A stretch of DNA of 39,818 nt from a virus (lineage: Duplodnaviria; Caudoviricetes), in the IMG/VR virus record IMGVR_UViG_3300030606_000021, positions 1 to 39,818 of that record; one strand, given 5' to 3'. Below, one piece after another: positions 21,227 to 31,490 of this stretch. Each line of letters opens with the position of its first letter. The stretch's first letter is position 1. Made by a program: the position numbers and the translations under genes. The notes beneath the pieces are model-generated. The model did not search any database. It worked only from the letters and a program-made list of their open reading frames with translations, and was not told the origin of the DNA.

Positions 21227-23449
21227 ATGGAAAACCTACTTCTCAATCCGAACGTGACGGGAAGCGACGAGCCGCTGCGGCCGGTGGTGCGCGCGTGGTT
21301 GCGCAAGATCGACGACGCCATGCGACACCGGGAGGAAACGTGGGAGAAGCATGCGCGTGAGGTGGAGAAGTATTTCGACGAAGAAGAAAACTTCATGTGG
21401 GAGCACGACTACGCCGACGGACCCAGCGGCTATCTCGACAAGAGCGCCGGCAGAGTCCTTCCGTACTTCCGCATGCAGTTGAATCGCGTGTTCGAGGGAA
21501 TCTCGCTGTTCGGGCCGTTTCTGTACCACCAGAACCCCAAGGTGCTGTGTACTCCGCGTCAGCGCGCCGATGTGTCGCTCCCGCTGTTGGTGGGCGACCT
21601 CAACACGCCGGAAGGCGCCCAAATGGCCCAGCAGCTTGCTACGGGCGGCCAGCGCGTCGATGCGATGAGGCAGTCGCAAGCCAGCCTGTGCCAGACGATT
21701 CTGAATTGGCTACAGGACGTGACGGACAAAAAGACCGAGATGCGGTGGATGATTCAGGACGCACTGTTGACCGGCATGGGCGTCGCCTACCACGACGTTT
21801 ACCGACCGCCCGATTCCGAAATGCGATACCCCCGCTCGATCCACATGTCGCCCTACGACGTGCTGTTCGACCCGGACGCCGAGTACGCGCGGGACATCGA
21901 GTGGATGGCGATTCGGTGGTGCCAGCCCGTGTTTCGAGTGGAGGAAAAGTTCCTCTTGGAGGAAGGTTCGATTCACGGCAACCGCCAAAGCCGCGGCGGC
22001 CGGATTGATGCGCAGTTGGAGTCGATAACCGAACGCGGCGCCCGTGCGCTAAGCGACAAAAAGTCGTTCGACACAATGGAGTATTGGGAAGTTTTCTCCA
22101 AGTGCGGGTTCGGAGACCGACTCAAGGACAACCCCGGCATCATCAAGCGTGGCGAGAAGGGCGCGCTCGACTTAAGTGGTCTGGGCGATTTCTGTTATTT
22201 GGCCGTGACGCCGGAAGTGCCGTGGCCGCTAAACCTGCCCGACGCAGCGCTGTCCGAAGGGCCGGAATCGGTCCTGATGCGTACGCGGTGGCCCATTCCC
22301 TACCACATGGACGAGCAGGGCTGGCCGATTACGTGGCTTCAGTTCCACGCGAAGCAGGGGCAACTGTACGGCATCAGCCACTTTAAGCCCATCATCGGGC
22401 CGCTGCGGTTCGTGAACTGGTGCATGTCGTTCCTGGCCGACAAGGTGGCGGCGGGCGGCAAGACCTACGTGGGGATCGCCAAGCAGGCCGCCGAGGAGAT
22501 TCGCGACCAGATTCGCAACGGCGTGGGTCCGTTCCAGCCCATCGAAATCTCGACCATGACGGGGAGGAGTCTACAGGAGGTTATCTCGTTCCTGAATGCG
22601 CCCACTTTCGACTACATGAATATGTGGCAAATGGTGGCGGCCGTCATCGACCAGATCGACAAGACTCTCGGGCTAACCGAGTTGATGTACGGCACGTCGC
22701 GCAACCAGATTCGCTCGGCGCGGGAGGCAGAGGTCAAGGCGGGCAACGCGCAGATTCGCCCCGACGACATGGCGAACGTGATGGAGTCCGCGCTATCCAA
22801 GATGGCGGTTCGGGAAATGCAGGCCGCGCGGATGGTCATGGAGGGCCGGGACGTAGAGCCTGTTGTGGGGCCAGACGCCGCCCAGTTCTGGGACTACTAC
22901 ATCCTGCAACAAGACGCCGACCAAATTACGCGCGACTTCGATTATCGAATCGAAGCCGGTTCGGCCCGCAAGCCGAACTTCGAGGGGCTGAAAACCGCGC
23001 TGAACGAAATAGCGCAGCCCGTTATGGGCATGGCGCAGGCGCAGGCCGAGGCCGGCAACGTCGCGCCGTGGAATGGTTTTTGGACGCTGTGGGGACAGGC
23101 GAACAACATGGACGTGAAGTTCATGATGCTAGAGCCTCCTCCGCCTCCCGATCCCAACCAGCCGACGCCCGAAATGATGGAGGCGCAGGCTAAGCAGCAG
23201 GAGGTGATGGCCAAGCAACAGGAGTCGCAGCAGCAGCTCGCGATTAAACAGCAGGAAGCCATGCTCAAACTGCAAGAGCTGATGCAGAAGATGCAGTTGG
23301 ACCAGGCGGAGCACCGTCAGGAAATGCGGCAGGATCGCGAGCGGCACAAGCTGGAAATGCAGCAGACTCAAGAAAAGAATCGGATCGAATTGACACAGGC
23401 GCGCGCCAAGGCCAGCGCTCAGGCGCGCCGTCCCTCTAACGGCAAATAG
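21227..23449 (+). CDS. portal protein (P22-like, Q-rich C-terminal coiled coil)
   Basis: 740 aa. DALLTGMG, SPYDVLFDPDA, LGLTELMYG...SAREA, FDYRIEAGS and a long Q/E/K-rich tail. Confidence 0.85.
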   Translation: MENLLLNPNVTGSDEPLRPVVRAWLRKIDDAMRHREETWEKHAREVEKYFDEEENFMWEHDYADGPSGYLDKSAGRVLPYFRMQLNRVFEGISLFGPFLYHQNPKVLCTPRQRADVSLPLLVGDLNTPEGAQMAQQLATGGQRVDAMRQSQASLCQTILNWLQDVTDKKTEMRWMIQDALLTGMGVAYHDVYRPPDSEMRYPRSIHMSPYDVLFDPDAEYARDIEWMAIRWCQPVFRVEEKFLLEEGSIHGNRQSRGGRIDAQLESITERGARALSDKKSFDTMEYWEVFSKCGFGDRLKDNPGIIKRGEKGALDLSGLGDFCYLAVTPEVPWPLNLPDAALSEGPESVLMRTRWPIPYHMDEQGWPITWLQFHAKQGQLYGISHFKPIIGPLRFVNWCMSFLADKVAAGGKTYVGIAKQAAEEIRDQIRNGVGPFQPIEISTMTGRSLQEVISFLNAPTFDYMNMWQMVAAVIDQIDKTLGLTELMYGTSRNQIRSAREAEVKAGNAQIRPDDMANVMESALSKMAVREMQAARMVMEGRDVEPVVGPDAAQFWDYYILQQDADQITRDFDYRIEAGSARKPNFEGLKTALNEIAQPVMGMAQAQAEAGNVAPWNGFWTLWGQANNMDVKFMMLEPPPPPDPNQPTPEMMEAQAKQQEVMAKQQESQQQLAIKQQEAMLKLQELMQKMQLDQAEHRQEMRQDRERHKLEMQQTQEKNRIELTQARAKASAQARRPSNGK

Positions 23450-23460
23450 GAGATTTACCC

Positions 23461-24495
23461 ATGACAGCTATTGATGCCAGGACCAAGCGCGCCTTGCGGG
23501 TTGGGATGGCCAACAAGGCGTCAGCCAACGAAATCACCGACCGCATCGACGCCACGGCCGGCTTGTCGGCGGCAGAGACGGCAGTGCTTGATGCCGTCGT
23601 GGCCGGTACGGTAGCGGCCAGTAAAGCGGCGGTCGTCGACGCCAACAAGGACATCGGCGACTTCCGCAACCTCGATTGCACGAATCTCGATGCCGGAGCG
23701 TCCGGTGTGGCCGGTACAGTCGATGTCTTTCCTGCAACCGCCGCCAAAGGAAAACTGGCCATTACGAAGGCCAACAACACGAACGACGATACGACCACGC
23801 TGTCTGTAGCCGCGCATGGCCAGGCCACAACCGTCACCATCCCCGACGGTGGGGCCGCGACGGCCTACGTGGTGCAATCAACGGCCGCACTAACGCTCGT
23901 CGAAGCCGACGTGCTGGACGGCGCGGTCGCGGGCAATAGCGTCGCGTCCAAGGCCGCTTTGTTGGACGGCAGCAAGCAACTGCAAACCAACGCCAACAAC
24001 GGCACGCCCGGTACGAATGTTACCGCCGTCCATTATGGCGATGGCGTCAATGTGACGGCCGTACTGACCTTGACCGACGTGGCCCTGACGGTGGGTAGCA
24101 GCGAAGCCCTGGGCGTGGGCGCGCTGATTTACACGCTGCCGGCCGGTGCGTGCCTGATTCGAGACGCCTACATGAGCGTTGACCTGGACGAGGTTACCAC
24201 CCTCGACGACACGCCCGAAATTGGCCTGGGGACGGTAATCGCATCGGGTGCCGTTAGCGCACTGAACGGCACGGCGACTTTCGAGGACATCATCACGGGG
24301 CAAGTGGCGGCCGACACCGATGGAACGCCCACCGTCAAGGGGGCGGGGCCAACGGCCGGCGCGCCGCTGGAAATTGCCACGGGTGACGTACACACGGTTC
24401 ACCTGAACATGGCGGACACCTGGGGTGCGAATGCCGACGCCGACGGCCTCCTGAACGGCACGGTTGTCATCAGTTACATCCGGCAGGACGCGTAG
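23461..24495 (+). CDS. virion structural protein (A/T/G/V-rich; head fibre or decoration)
   Basis: Composition, internal repeat VLD(A/G)xVAGxxxASKA, AGGAG ribosome-binding site. Confidence 0.65.
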   Translation: MTAIDARTKRALRVGMANKASANEITDRIDATAGLSAAETAVLDAVVAGTVAASKAAVVDANKDIGDFRNLDCTNLDAGASGVAGTVDVFPATAAKGKLAITKANNTNDDTTTLSVAAHGQATTVTIPDGGAATAYVVQSTAALTLVEADVLDGAVAGNSVASKAALLDGSKQLQTNANNGTPGTNVTAVHYGDGVNVTAVLTLTDVALTVGSSEALGVGALIYTLPAGACLIRDAYMSVDLDEVTTLDDTPEIGLGTVIASGAVSALNGTATFEDIITGQVAADTDGTPTVKGAGPTAGAPLEIATGDVHTVHLNMADTWGANADADGLLNGTVVISYIRQDA

Positions 24496-24591
24496 GGATA
24501 GCCGGTGAGTAAAACAGTTGGATTAGTTCCTAGTTCGCGCCGAAGCGCAAGTCGCTCGCCGCACATTTGATCGGAAGTAAGGAGTTCAGAC

Positions 24592-24987
24592 ATGCAAGTT
24601 TCAGCTCGCACGCAGCGCGTGTATCAGACCATCCAGGCCGACGATTCGGAAGGCTACGACGTGAACATGATCGCCAAAGACGCGGTAGGCGTGTACGTCG
24701 AGGATGTGGTCAACGACGCCAACGATTTCGTGGTGTTGCCACCTCTGGCGGACGTGCCCAACGGACACGAAATCGTGATGGTCGGGCAAGCCGGCGCCAA
24801 CTTTGAGGTCCGCACGCCGGCCGCGTCCGCCGAGGAAATCAACTCGGAAGACTGCGACGGCACCAAGGAGTATTTGTTCACGGACACGGAGATCGTCAAG
24901 TTCGTGAAGATCGACAACACGATCGGCTGGATGGCTCACGGTTACAGCGCCATCGGCGCCGTGGTGACCGCGGTGGTGCCCGACTGA
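24592..24987 (+). CDS. small beta-rich structural protein
   Basis: AAGGAG ribosome-binding site. VVLPP...NGHEI motif is seen in phage fibre domains. Confidence 0.65.
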   Translation: MQVSARTQRVYQTIQADDSEGYDVNMIAKDAVGVYVEDVVNDANDFVVLPPLADVPNGHEIVMVGQAGANFEVRTPAASAEEINSEDCDGTKEYLFTDTEIVKFVKIDNTIGWMAHGYSAIGAVVTAVVPD

Positions 24988-24988
24988 T

Positions 24989-25579
24989 ATGACCGCCACC
25001 GAAGGACTTCGCGAGTACATAGAGCAACAAGACGTTGCTCGCTTGGCCCCCGAGGCGCGTGCAGTGTACGAGGCACTCCGCGCCAAAGGGGAGTCCATGC
25101 GCTGGGCGCTGATGGTCGCATCACGACAGGCGCCCGGCACAAGCAATACCGATCGGAATTTCCTGTGCGATCGTCACGACAACCAGCACCATCGCAGCGC
25201 CAACGCCTTGTACCAGCGCGCCGCCAAACGGGCCGGAATCAACACGACTGGCAAAATATTCATGAGTAGTTTGGGCAAAGCAAGCGACCCGAGGGCCTGG
25301 GTTGCCGGCCTGGACGACGTGAAGGCGGCTTGCAAGGCCAAGGGGAAGACGTGCGAGAGACTGGGGGTGTACGCGCCCGAGAAGCCGCCTGAACCAGAAG
25401 TGCCGCTGGCCGAGCCGATCGTACGCCAGCGGGTCAAGGAGCGCCTCGCCGCCGATCCGGCGCTGAAAGAGCGGTGCAAGAGAAACGGCAAGGCGCTGAA
25501 AGAAGTGCGCGAGGCCGTAATCGACAAGCACGCGCCGTGGTGGAAGAAGGGAAAGAAGGCCGACGTCGTGGCGGGATAA
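24989..25579 (+). CDS. basic hypothetical protein (196 aa)
   Basis: Tiles between structural genes. Confidence 0.7.
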   Translation: MTATEGLREYIEQQDVARLAPEARAVYEALRAKGESMRWALMVASRQAPGTSNTDRNFLCDRHDNQHHRSANALYQRAAKRAGINTTGKIFMSSLGKASDPRAWVAGLDDVKAACKAKGKTCERLGVYAPEKPPEPEVPLAEPIVRQRVKERLAADPALKERCKRNGKALKEVREAVIDKHAPWWKKGKKADVVAG

Positions 25580-25585
25580 CATGGC

Positions 25586-28051
25586 ATGCGAATCACGGAT
25601 TTCAAGGGCTTGTGGTCCGGCGTCGATCCCATTGACGTTCCGATCGGTGGCGCGCGATTCCAGAATAACGTCGCGACCAACGAGCCGGGCCGGCTGAGGG
25701 TAAGGCGGGGGATTCAGCCCGCCACCTTCACCTCCACCTCCGAAATCCAGATTGCGGCCTTCAACACCTTTCGCCCGCTGTGCTTTGTCCGCGCGCGCAA
25801 CGGAGACGTGTTTGCCTACAACGGCATCAACCAAGGGGTGCGTTACGACGGCATGACGGGAGCGGTCGAGCTTTCTGGCTTAGCTGCGCCCCCCAGCGAA
25901 CCTACGGTCGCCAGTCCGACAGGCGGCGCCGCCACCGCCGGCGATTACACCGTCGGATTCCAGTACATCGACGACACGATCGTCGACGTGGACGTATACC
26001 CGCACGCGCTCTTTTCGCTGCCGGGTTGGCCCAGCAACCTCTCCCCGTTGGCGACGCACACAGCGGCGGACAACGACAGGTTCACTTATTCCGATCTGAC
26101 GGCTCCCAGCGAAACCCGATCCGTTTACCGACGGGTGTGGCGCAGCGCGTCCGACGAATCGAACGTGCTGTATCACGTCGGCGACCTCGACCGCACGGGC
26201 GTTGTGGTGTCCAGCGCCGATGGTGGAACCGGCGTGGCACTCACCCTGCGCAACACGGATGGTTTGCAGGTGGGCGTCGTGATTACCGTGACCGGCCACT
26301 CGGTCGGAGGCTACAACACGACACACCGCATTACGGCCATCGACGATTTGGTGGTTACAACGGACGTTTCGTATTCATCCGACGGCACGGGGGGATCGTG
26401 GGAGTCCACCAGCATTAACGATCAGGCCAGCGATACCGAGCTTCAATCGCGAGAACTGCTGGTAGTGACGCTGGAAGATGGCAACCTGAGCGGATACCGA
26501 TTCGTGCCGCCCCCGACCGACCGGCCTATCGTGGTGTGGTTTCAGGACCGCATGTGGTTTGGCGGGAACGTGCGGTACAACGCGGGCACGGTTGCCACCA
26601 ATGGCAGCGCGACGATCACAGGCACGGACACGGCCTGGACCGAGCAGATGGTGGGCAGGCTCATTCGTATCGACGGCGAATCGGAGCCGCTGGAAATCGT
26701 CGCCTACGGCAGCGCCACAAGCCTGACGACCCACAAGGCGGCTTCCACGTCGGCCAGCGGCAAGAGCTACGTCATTCACTCGAAACCCACCCGTAAGCGC
26801 AGTCTGAACTACAGTGAAATCGACGAGCCGGAATCGGTTTCGGAAACCAACATCGTTACGCTCCAAGAGAATACGGGCGACGACGACGAGGTAACGGCAA
26901 TGATCCCGCGCGGGTCGTATCTCTACATCGCCACCGACCGGCACAAGTACGCGCTGGCCTACGCCCGCCAGCCTCGCATCGACGCATCGGTGGTGATGGT
27001 CGATGACCGAGGCGCGCTGAATCAGGACTGTTGGGACAGCCTCGACGACTTGATTTATCTAATGGACGACGCCGGCCCCTACGTGTTCAACGGAGGAAAG
27101 AGCCAAGCTCTCGACGGGCCTATCAACGACCTGTGGCGCGGCGAAGGAGACGAGACCATCGACTTCTCCAAGAGCGCGGGGTTTCATGTGGCCGTCGATC
27201 GCCGGCGCGGGCGGGTGTACTTCTTCGTGGCCTTCACGGGCGATAGCGGAACCTACCCGACGCGGGCGCTGGTATTCAACGTCCGCACGAAGACATGGGA
27301 CCTGAACGAATACTCGCAAGAGTTGGCATCCAGCATTGCCGCCCAGATCGACGGGCAGACACGGCTGTTGGTTGCGGGGGAATTGGAAACGGTCTTCATT
27401 GCCGACGAAGGGACAACCGACGTGGCCACTGCGGAGATTACCGGGACAGTGACCAGCGCGTCGAGTACGTCGCTCGTGGATTCCGGTGCCAGCTTCCCGG
27501 CCAGCATCGTGGGCGCTTACGTCTATATCACGGCGGGCACAGGCAAGGGCCAGTACCGCAAAATTACCGCCCGCAACTCCACCACGCTCACCGTGGCGGC
27601 CTGGACAACCACGCCCGACACCACGAGCGAATACTTGATCGGCGCGATTCCGTGGGAGTGGAGGTCGGGGCAAATGCCGCTTGCGAGCGGCGAGGGCTAC
27701 ATGGACCGCTATGCCGGCGTTTCGTTCCGCCCGACTAGCGGCGATGCCTCGCTCGACATGCGGTTCTTCTTCAATCACGAAACCAGCCCCGAGCAGTTCG
27801 CGCGGGACTTGGAGCTGGGCGATGCGGTGCTGGTCGAATCGGACAACCTGTCCGACGCGCGGGTGTTTCTGAAATCCACGCGGGACGCCAACGAGAACGC
27901 CGTGGGCTACGAGCAGTTCCACTTCGGCGGAACAGTTGAGTCCCGGATGCACACTGATCGCTGGATCAGTCTGCAACTGCGCGGAGCCCAGGGGGACGAC
28001 GATATTCTGATCGGCGAGTTGGAAGTAACAGGCGTGGTGGGTGGCGGATAA
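25586..28051 (+). CDS. tail nozzle / stabilization protein (P22 gp10 or T7 gp12-like)
   Basis: 821 aa, beta-rich. N-terminal FKGL...NN, WFQDRMWFGG, YSEIDEPES, GPYVFNG, LVFNVRTKTW. Confidence 0.7.
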   Translation: MRITDFKGLWSGVDPIDVPIGGARFQNNVATNEPGRLRVRRGIQPATFTSTSEIQIAAFNTFRPLCFVRARNGDVFAYNGINQGVRYDGMTGAVELSGLAAPPSEPTVASPTGGAATAGDYTVGFQYIDDTIVDVDVYPHALFSLPGWPSNLSPLATHTAADNDRFTYSDLTAPSETRSVYRRVWRSASDESNVLYHVGDLDRTGVVVSSADGGTGVALTLRNTDGLQVGVVITVTGHSVGGYNTTHRITAIDDLVVTTDVSYSSDGTGGSWESTSINDQASDTELQSRELLVVTLEDGNLSGYRFVPPPTDRPIVVWFQDRMWFGGNVRYNAGTVATNGSATITGTDTAWTEQMVGRLIRIDGESEPLEIVAYGSATSLTTHKAASTSASGKSYVIHSKPTRKRSLNYSEIDEPESVSETNIVTLQENTGDDDEVTAMIPRGSYLYIATDRHKYALAYARQPRIDASVVMVDDRGALNQDCWDSLDDLIYLMDDAGPYVFNGGKSQALDGPINDLWRGEGDETIDFSKSAGFHVAVDRRRGRVYFFVAFTGDSGTYPTRALVFNVRTKTWDLNEYSQELASSIAAQIDGQTRLLVAGELETVFIADEGTTDVATAEITGTVTSASSTSLVDSGASFPASIVGAYVYITAGTGKGQYRKITARNSTTLTVAAWTTTPDTTSEYLIGAIPWEWRSGQMPLASGEGYMDRYAGVSFRPTSGDASLDMRFFFNHETSPEQFARDLELGDAVLVESDNLSDARVFLKSTRDANENAVGYEQFHFGGTVESRMHTDRWISLQLRGAQGDDDILIGELEVTGVVGGG

Positions 28052-29688
28052 TGTTCGCGAAGCAAATCCAAGAGCTGATGCGCGGGATTCGGCCCGACAC
28101 CGAAGACCTGGACGTTATGCGCCTGGTCAACATGCTGGGCAATTGCTCGGCCGACTTGGAACACCGGGGGCGGGTCAAGCTGCTGCTGCCGCCCGAGTTC
28201 ACGCGGGGAGTTCCCGACCAAGCTCTCGGTTCTGACTTCATCTACGCGCCGTTGGAGTTGGTGAACTACAACGGCTGGATCGACCCGGATGCCGGCCGGC
28301 TACACAACGGCGCGGCGGCAGTGTTCCGCGGGCCGGTCATTGGAGTCGCCAATCTCGCTCCCGGCAACGAACAGGTCACGATCAACAACATCGCGTACTA
28401 CACCGAGGGCGCCACCTATGTCAACGAGTCGTACGCGAACTCCTACTACACCGTCGTTGAGGGAACGCCTGTTCTTCACGAGTCCTATGCCGTCACACAA
28501 AGCGTGCCGTCGTTCTCGGGCGGATATCCGGGACTACCTATCGTCTCGGTGAAGGAATGCGCGGACGCTTCCGGCAGCGGAGTTACGGGTTCTGCGTTCA
28601 ATGCCTACATGCCGCGCACGATGAAGCTGGACCCTTACGCTGCGGTCGGCAGCGTCGTGGGTTTGCTGACCATGCCGGACGGCACGCGAATCGTAACGGG
28701 TCCGTTCAACGCGCCGGTGCGGTATTACAAGGCGACCGCAAACTGGACGAACAATGGTGCCGGGTACGATTATGTGGCCGCCAACCCGTGCCTCGACCAA
28801 GCGGGGAGCACGGTTGATACGGGCACTTCCGTGAACGTGCAGTTTTTGACCAGCACCGGACATGGGTTGGGACGCGACCCTAACGTTATAGCCGGCCAGG
28901 TTTTCCCCGCATGCCAAGCACCGGACGGGACTGTGGTGTGTGTGGACCCTTCGTGCTACGACGCGCGCATCGGATTCATGCAGCCTACGGCCTATTCGAT
29001 CACGACTCCGCAAGGGTGGGGGTTGATGGACGGCGTTGAGAACCACGGTGACAACGGCGGTTCGGCGCGGGTGATGACCGACCGCTATTGCAAGGCGAGC
29101 GGCGCCGAAGCGGCGGGAGTGACGGGCGGAGCACAGGATCACACACACGACAACCACACGACGGCCCAGGTGGCGGGGGCGATTGCGAATCACACGCTGT
29201 CGATCGTGCCGAACACGACCGGCATTACGGTGGACAGCCATGCGTCGGGCACGACGGACAATGCCACCACCGGCATCACGGTCAATAACGCCGTCACGGG
29301 CATTACGATTTCCAACGCCTTGACGGGCATCACGATCGACGATCATTCCTTCGATACGTTTGATGTGGCAGGTGGCGTTACTGCCATTACTACTTCCGAA
29401 GATCACACAGTCAACGATCCGCAGCACACCCATGCTTATGTCGAGCCCAACGCCGGGGCAGGCCACACACACACCATCACGGAGCCGGGTGGTGGCGTTG
29501 GGCATTCGCACACATTTGGGGCGCTGACGCATACGGTGAACGATCCGGGGCACGCCCACACAATCAGCGGTTCCCAGGCTCACGCCGGTTCAGCCAGCCC
29601 GAGTAACGACCTGACGCACAGCACAGAGAGTAACGATCCTGAGTATTTGGTGGCGTATTGGTACGAACGGTTGGACAACTCGGATTAG
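28051..29688 (+). CDS. tail fibre with His-rich (HxH) needle repeats
   Basis: Collar-like PQGWGLMDG...MTDRY, then TGIT(V/I) x4 and HTH/HSH/HAH repeats. Confidence 0.75.
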   Translation: MFAKQIQELMRGIRPDTEDLDVMRLVNMLGNCSADLEHRGRVKLLLPPEFTRGVPDQALGSDFIYAPLELVNYNGWIDPDAGRLHNGAAAVFRGPVIGVANLAPGNEQVTINNIAYYTEGATYVNESYANSYYTVVEGTPVLHESYAVTQSVPSFSGGYPGLPIVSVKECADASGSGVTGSAFNAYMPRTMKLDPYAAVGSVVGLLTMPDGTRIVTGPFNAPVRYYKATANWTNNGAGYDYVAANPCLDQAGSTVDTGTSVNVQFLTSTGHGLGRDPNVIAGQVFPACQAPDGTVVCVDPSCYDARIGFMQPTAYSITTPQGWGLMDGVENHGDNGGSARVMTDRYCKASGAEAAGVTGGAQDHTHDNHTTAQVAGAIANHTLSIVPNTTGITVDSHASGTTDNATTGITVNNAVTGITISNALTGITIDDHSFDTFDVAGGVTAITTSEDHTVNDPQHTHAYVEPNAGAGHTHTITEPGGGVGHSHTFGALTHTVNDPGHAHTISGSQAHAGSASPSNDLTHSTESNDPEYLVAYWYERLDNSD

Positions 29689-29697
29689 AGAAAACTA

Positions 29698-29726
29698 TTC
29701 CCAAGTCGGGGGAAACCGACTAAGAT
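29698..29726 (+). promoter_or_regulatory. possible promoter with an inverted repeat
   Basis: TTCCCA-N17-TAAGAT. AGTCGG-N6-CCGACT lies in the spacer. Confidence 0.4.
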
Positions 29727-29743
29727 GCGGGGGGAGAAACATC

Positions 29744-30781
29744 ATGGCAACGGTTTATGATATGTACGGACCTTCTGGATCTTCCCAGACTTTCCCGGCC
29801 AGCCGGACTTCGCCAACTGCGCCAACGTACCAGCGAACGCCTCTACAACCGAACTACAACCTGCCCGGGGGTCGCTTGCCGCCGGAAGTTTATCCACCGG
29901 ACTATGCTCCCCCGGTAGGGTCCTCATTGGCCACCGTTCCCCAAGTTCAGCAGATGACGGGGGGGGCGGGCGCCGGTCAAGGCTTCTGGGACCTAATAAG
30001 TCAGGCCGGATCGCAGATGATGCCCGGCGGGGGACTAACCGGCGGCGCCATGATGGGTGGAATGGGTGGCGCGTTGGGCGGTGTCGGCGGGATGGTGGGC
30101 GGCATCGGCGGCGGCGCAGGAGGCGGAGCGGCCGCAGAACAGGCGTGGATGCGAAATCCACAGCAGTCCCCCAGTCGCAACGTATTCTCCCAACCCGGCT
30201 TGGCGGATGTCATGGTGCCGTGGCAGATTGGCCAGTGGATGAACGCGCCCCAGAACATGGTGGGCAACCTAAATCAGTCTTTCCGCGAACAATCCAACAT
30301 CAACGCCGATCGAACCGGTCAGCGACAAATATTCAACCGCCTGATGGACGTGATCGGCGGCGCAGTTGGCAGCAACCGCATGAGTGGCTTTCAGGATACG
30401 GTGAGCGGCCAGGGGGCGTCGCTACCGGGGAGCGTGACCAGCGGTATCCAAACCGGCGGGATGCAAACCGGCGACATTCGCGACCGACTGCGCGGCATGG
30501 TGCCGGACAAGAAAAGCTATCACGCCGACAGGGGCGCGTCGGGCGAGCTGAAACGTACGCTCGATCTTTTATCAAAGCGGCAAGGGCAGCGCAACATGCT
30601 CAGCGCCGAACAGCCCGCCCTCGAAAACAACGCAACTCTGTCGCGGGCCTTCGACGTGAATCGAGCGCAGGATTCACTCAGCAAGGCAGGGCTGCTTGCG
30701 CAGCTTGAGGCCGGCAACGTGCAAACATCCAACAAACTTCGCGTGCCGATGATTCGCGCCTTACTTGAGGGGATCATGTAA
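29744..30781 (+). CDS. probable DNA-ejection / internal virion protein
   Basis: G/M/Q-rich low-complexity sequence with a Gly-rich hydrophobic segment. Located after the tail genes. Confidence 0.6.
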   Translation: MATVYDMYGPSGSSQTFPASRTSPTAPTYQRTPLQPNYNLPGGRLPPEVYPPDYAPPVGSSLATVPQVQQMTGGAGAGQGFWDLISQAGSQMMPGGGLTGGAMMGGMGGALGGVGGMVGGIGGGAGGGAAAEQAWMRNPQQSPSRNVFSQPGLADVMVPWQIGQWMNAPQNMVGNLNQSFREQSNINADRTGQRQIFNRLMDVIGGAVGSNRMSGFQDTVSGQGASLPGSVTSGIQTGGMQTGDIRDRLRGMVPDKKSYHADRGASGELKRTLDLLSKRQGQRNMLSAEQPALENNATLSRAFDVNRAQDSLSKAGLLAQLEAGNVQTSNKLRVPMIRALLEGIM

Positions 30782-31479
30782 TGCCGATGCTCCAAGTCGG
30801 ACAACCGGCCGCATTCGGCAGCTTCGGCGGGAGCGGCGTAGGGTTCTCGAACGCGCAGCAGGTCACGCCCGGCATGCCCGGTAGTGTGTGGGATGCGCAG
30901 GCGCGCGGGCTGGCTGGAATGCAGCAACCTTACCAGCAGCAGAAGTCTCCGCTGTGGCAGGGGTTCGCCGACATGCTGGCCGGCAAACAGCCCAGCAAGA
31001 ACAAGTCGCCGATGGGGCCGGGTGGTGGACAAGGCATGCAGTCGAGCGCGGTGCAGGGCATGCAGTCGGGCATCGCTCCCGTCACGACCACGATCGACGC
31101 CGGCCGAGACATTTACGACCCAAACTTCATCCAAAGGGCCGTCAACCAGCAAGTCGGGCAAGCGCACACGATGGGCGACCCGCGATACCAAATGGAGAGG
31201 TTTACCCGTCCTGGCATGTCGCGCGATGCCGGCACGATGGCAGCCGCGATGCCCGGTATTGCCGGCGCGCAGGCGGCTGCGAGTGACGCGCAGACGAGGA
31301 TTCCGTTAGAGGCCGAGCTGGCCAATCGCCAGCACCGCCTGTCCGGTGAAACTGCGCGCGCCGGCGAAGCCAACGCCCTGGGTTCTCTCATGTCGCAACT
31401 CCAACGTATTCGAGATTCCGAGCAGTCGTCGCTGGTGGCCCCGCTTCTCGACCCCGCTTTTATGAGCATTTTCGGTTAG
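30781..31479 (+). CDS. probable DNA-ejection / internal virion protein
   Basis: G/Q/M/A-rich. TAATG-coupled to the upstream gene. Confidence 0.6.
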   Translation: MPMLQVGQPAAFGSFGGSGVGFSNAQQVTPGMPGSVWDAQARGLAGMQQPYQQQKSPLWQGFADMLAGKQPSKNKSPMGPGGGQGMQSSAVQGMQSGIAPVTTTIDAGRDIYDPNFIQRAVNQQVGQAHTMGDPRYQMERFTRPGMSRDAGTMAAAMPGIAGAQAAASDAQTRIPLEAELANRQHRLSGETARAGEANALGSLMSQLQRIRDSEQSSLVAPLLDPAFMSIFG

Positions 31480-31490
31480 AGGAATCTGAC

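Noticed and set aside
28051-29688. Diversity-generating retroelement targeting the tail fibre
   Set aside because: No reverse transcriptase and no template/variable repeat pair is visible in the window.
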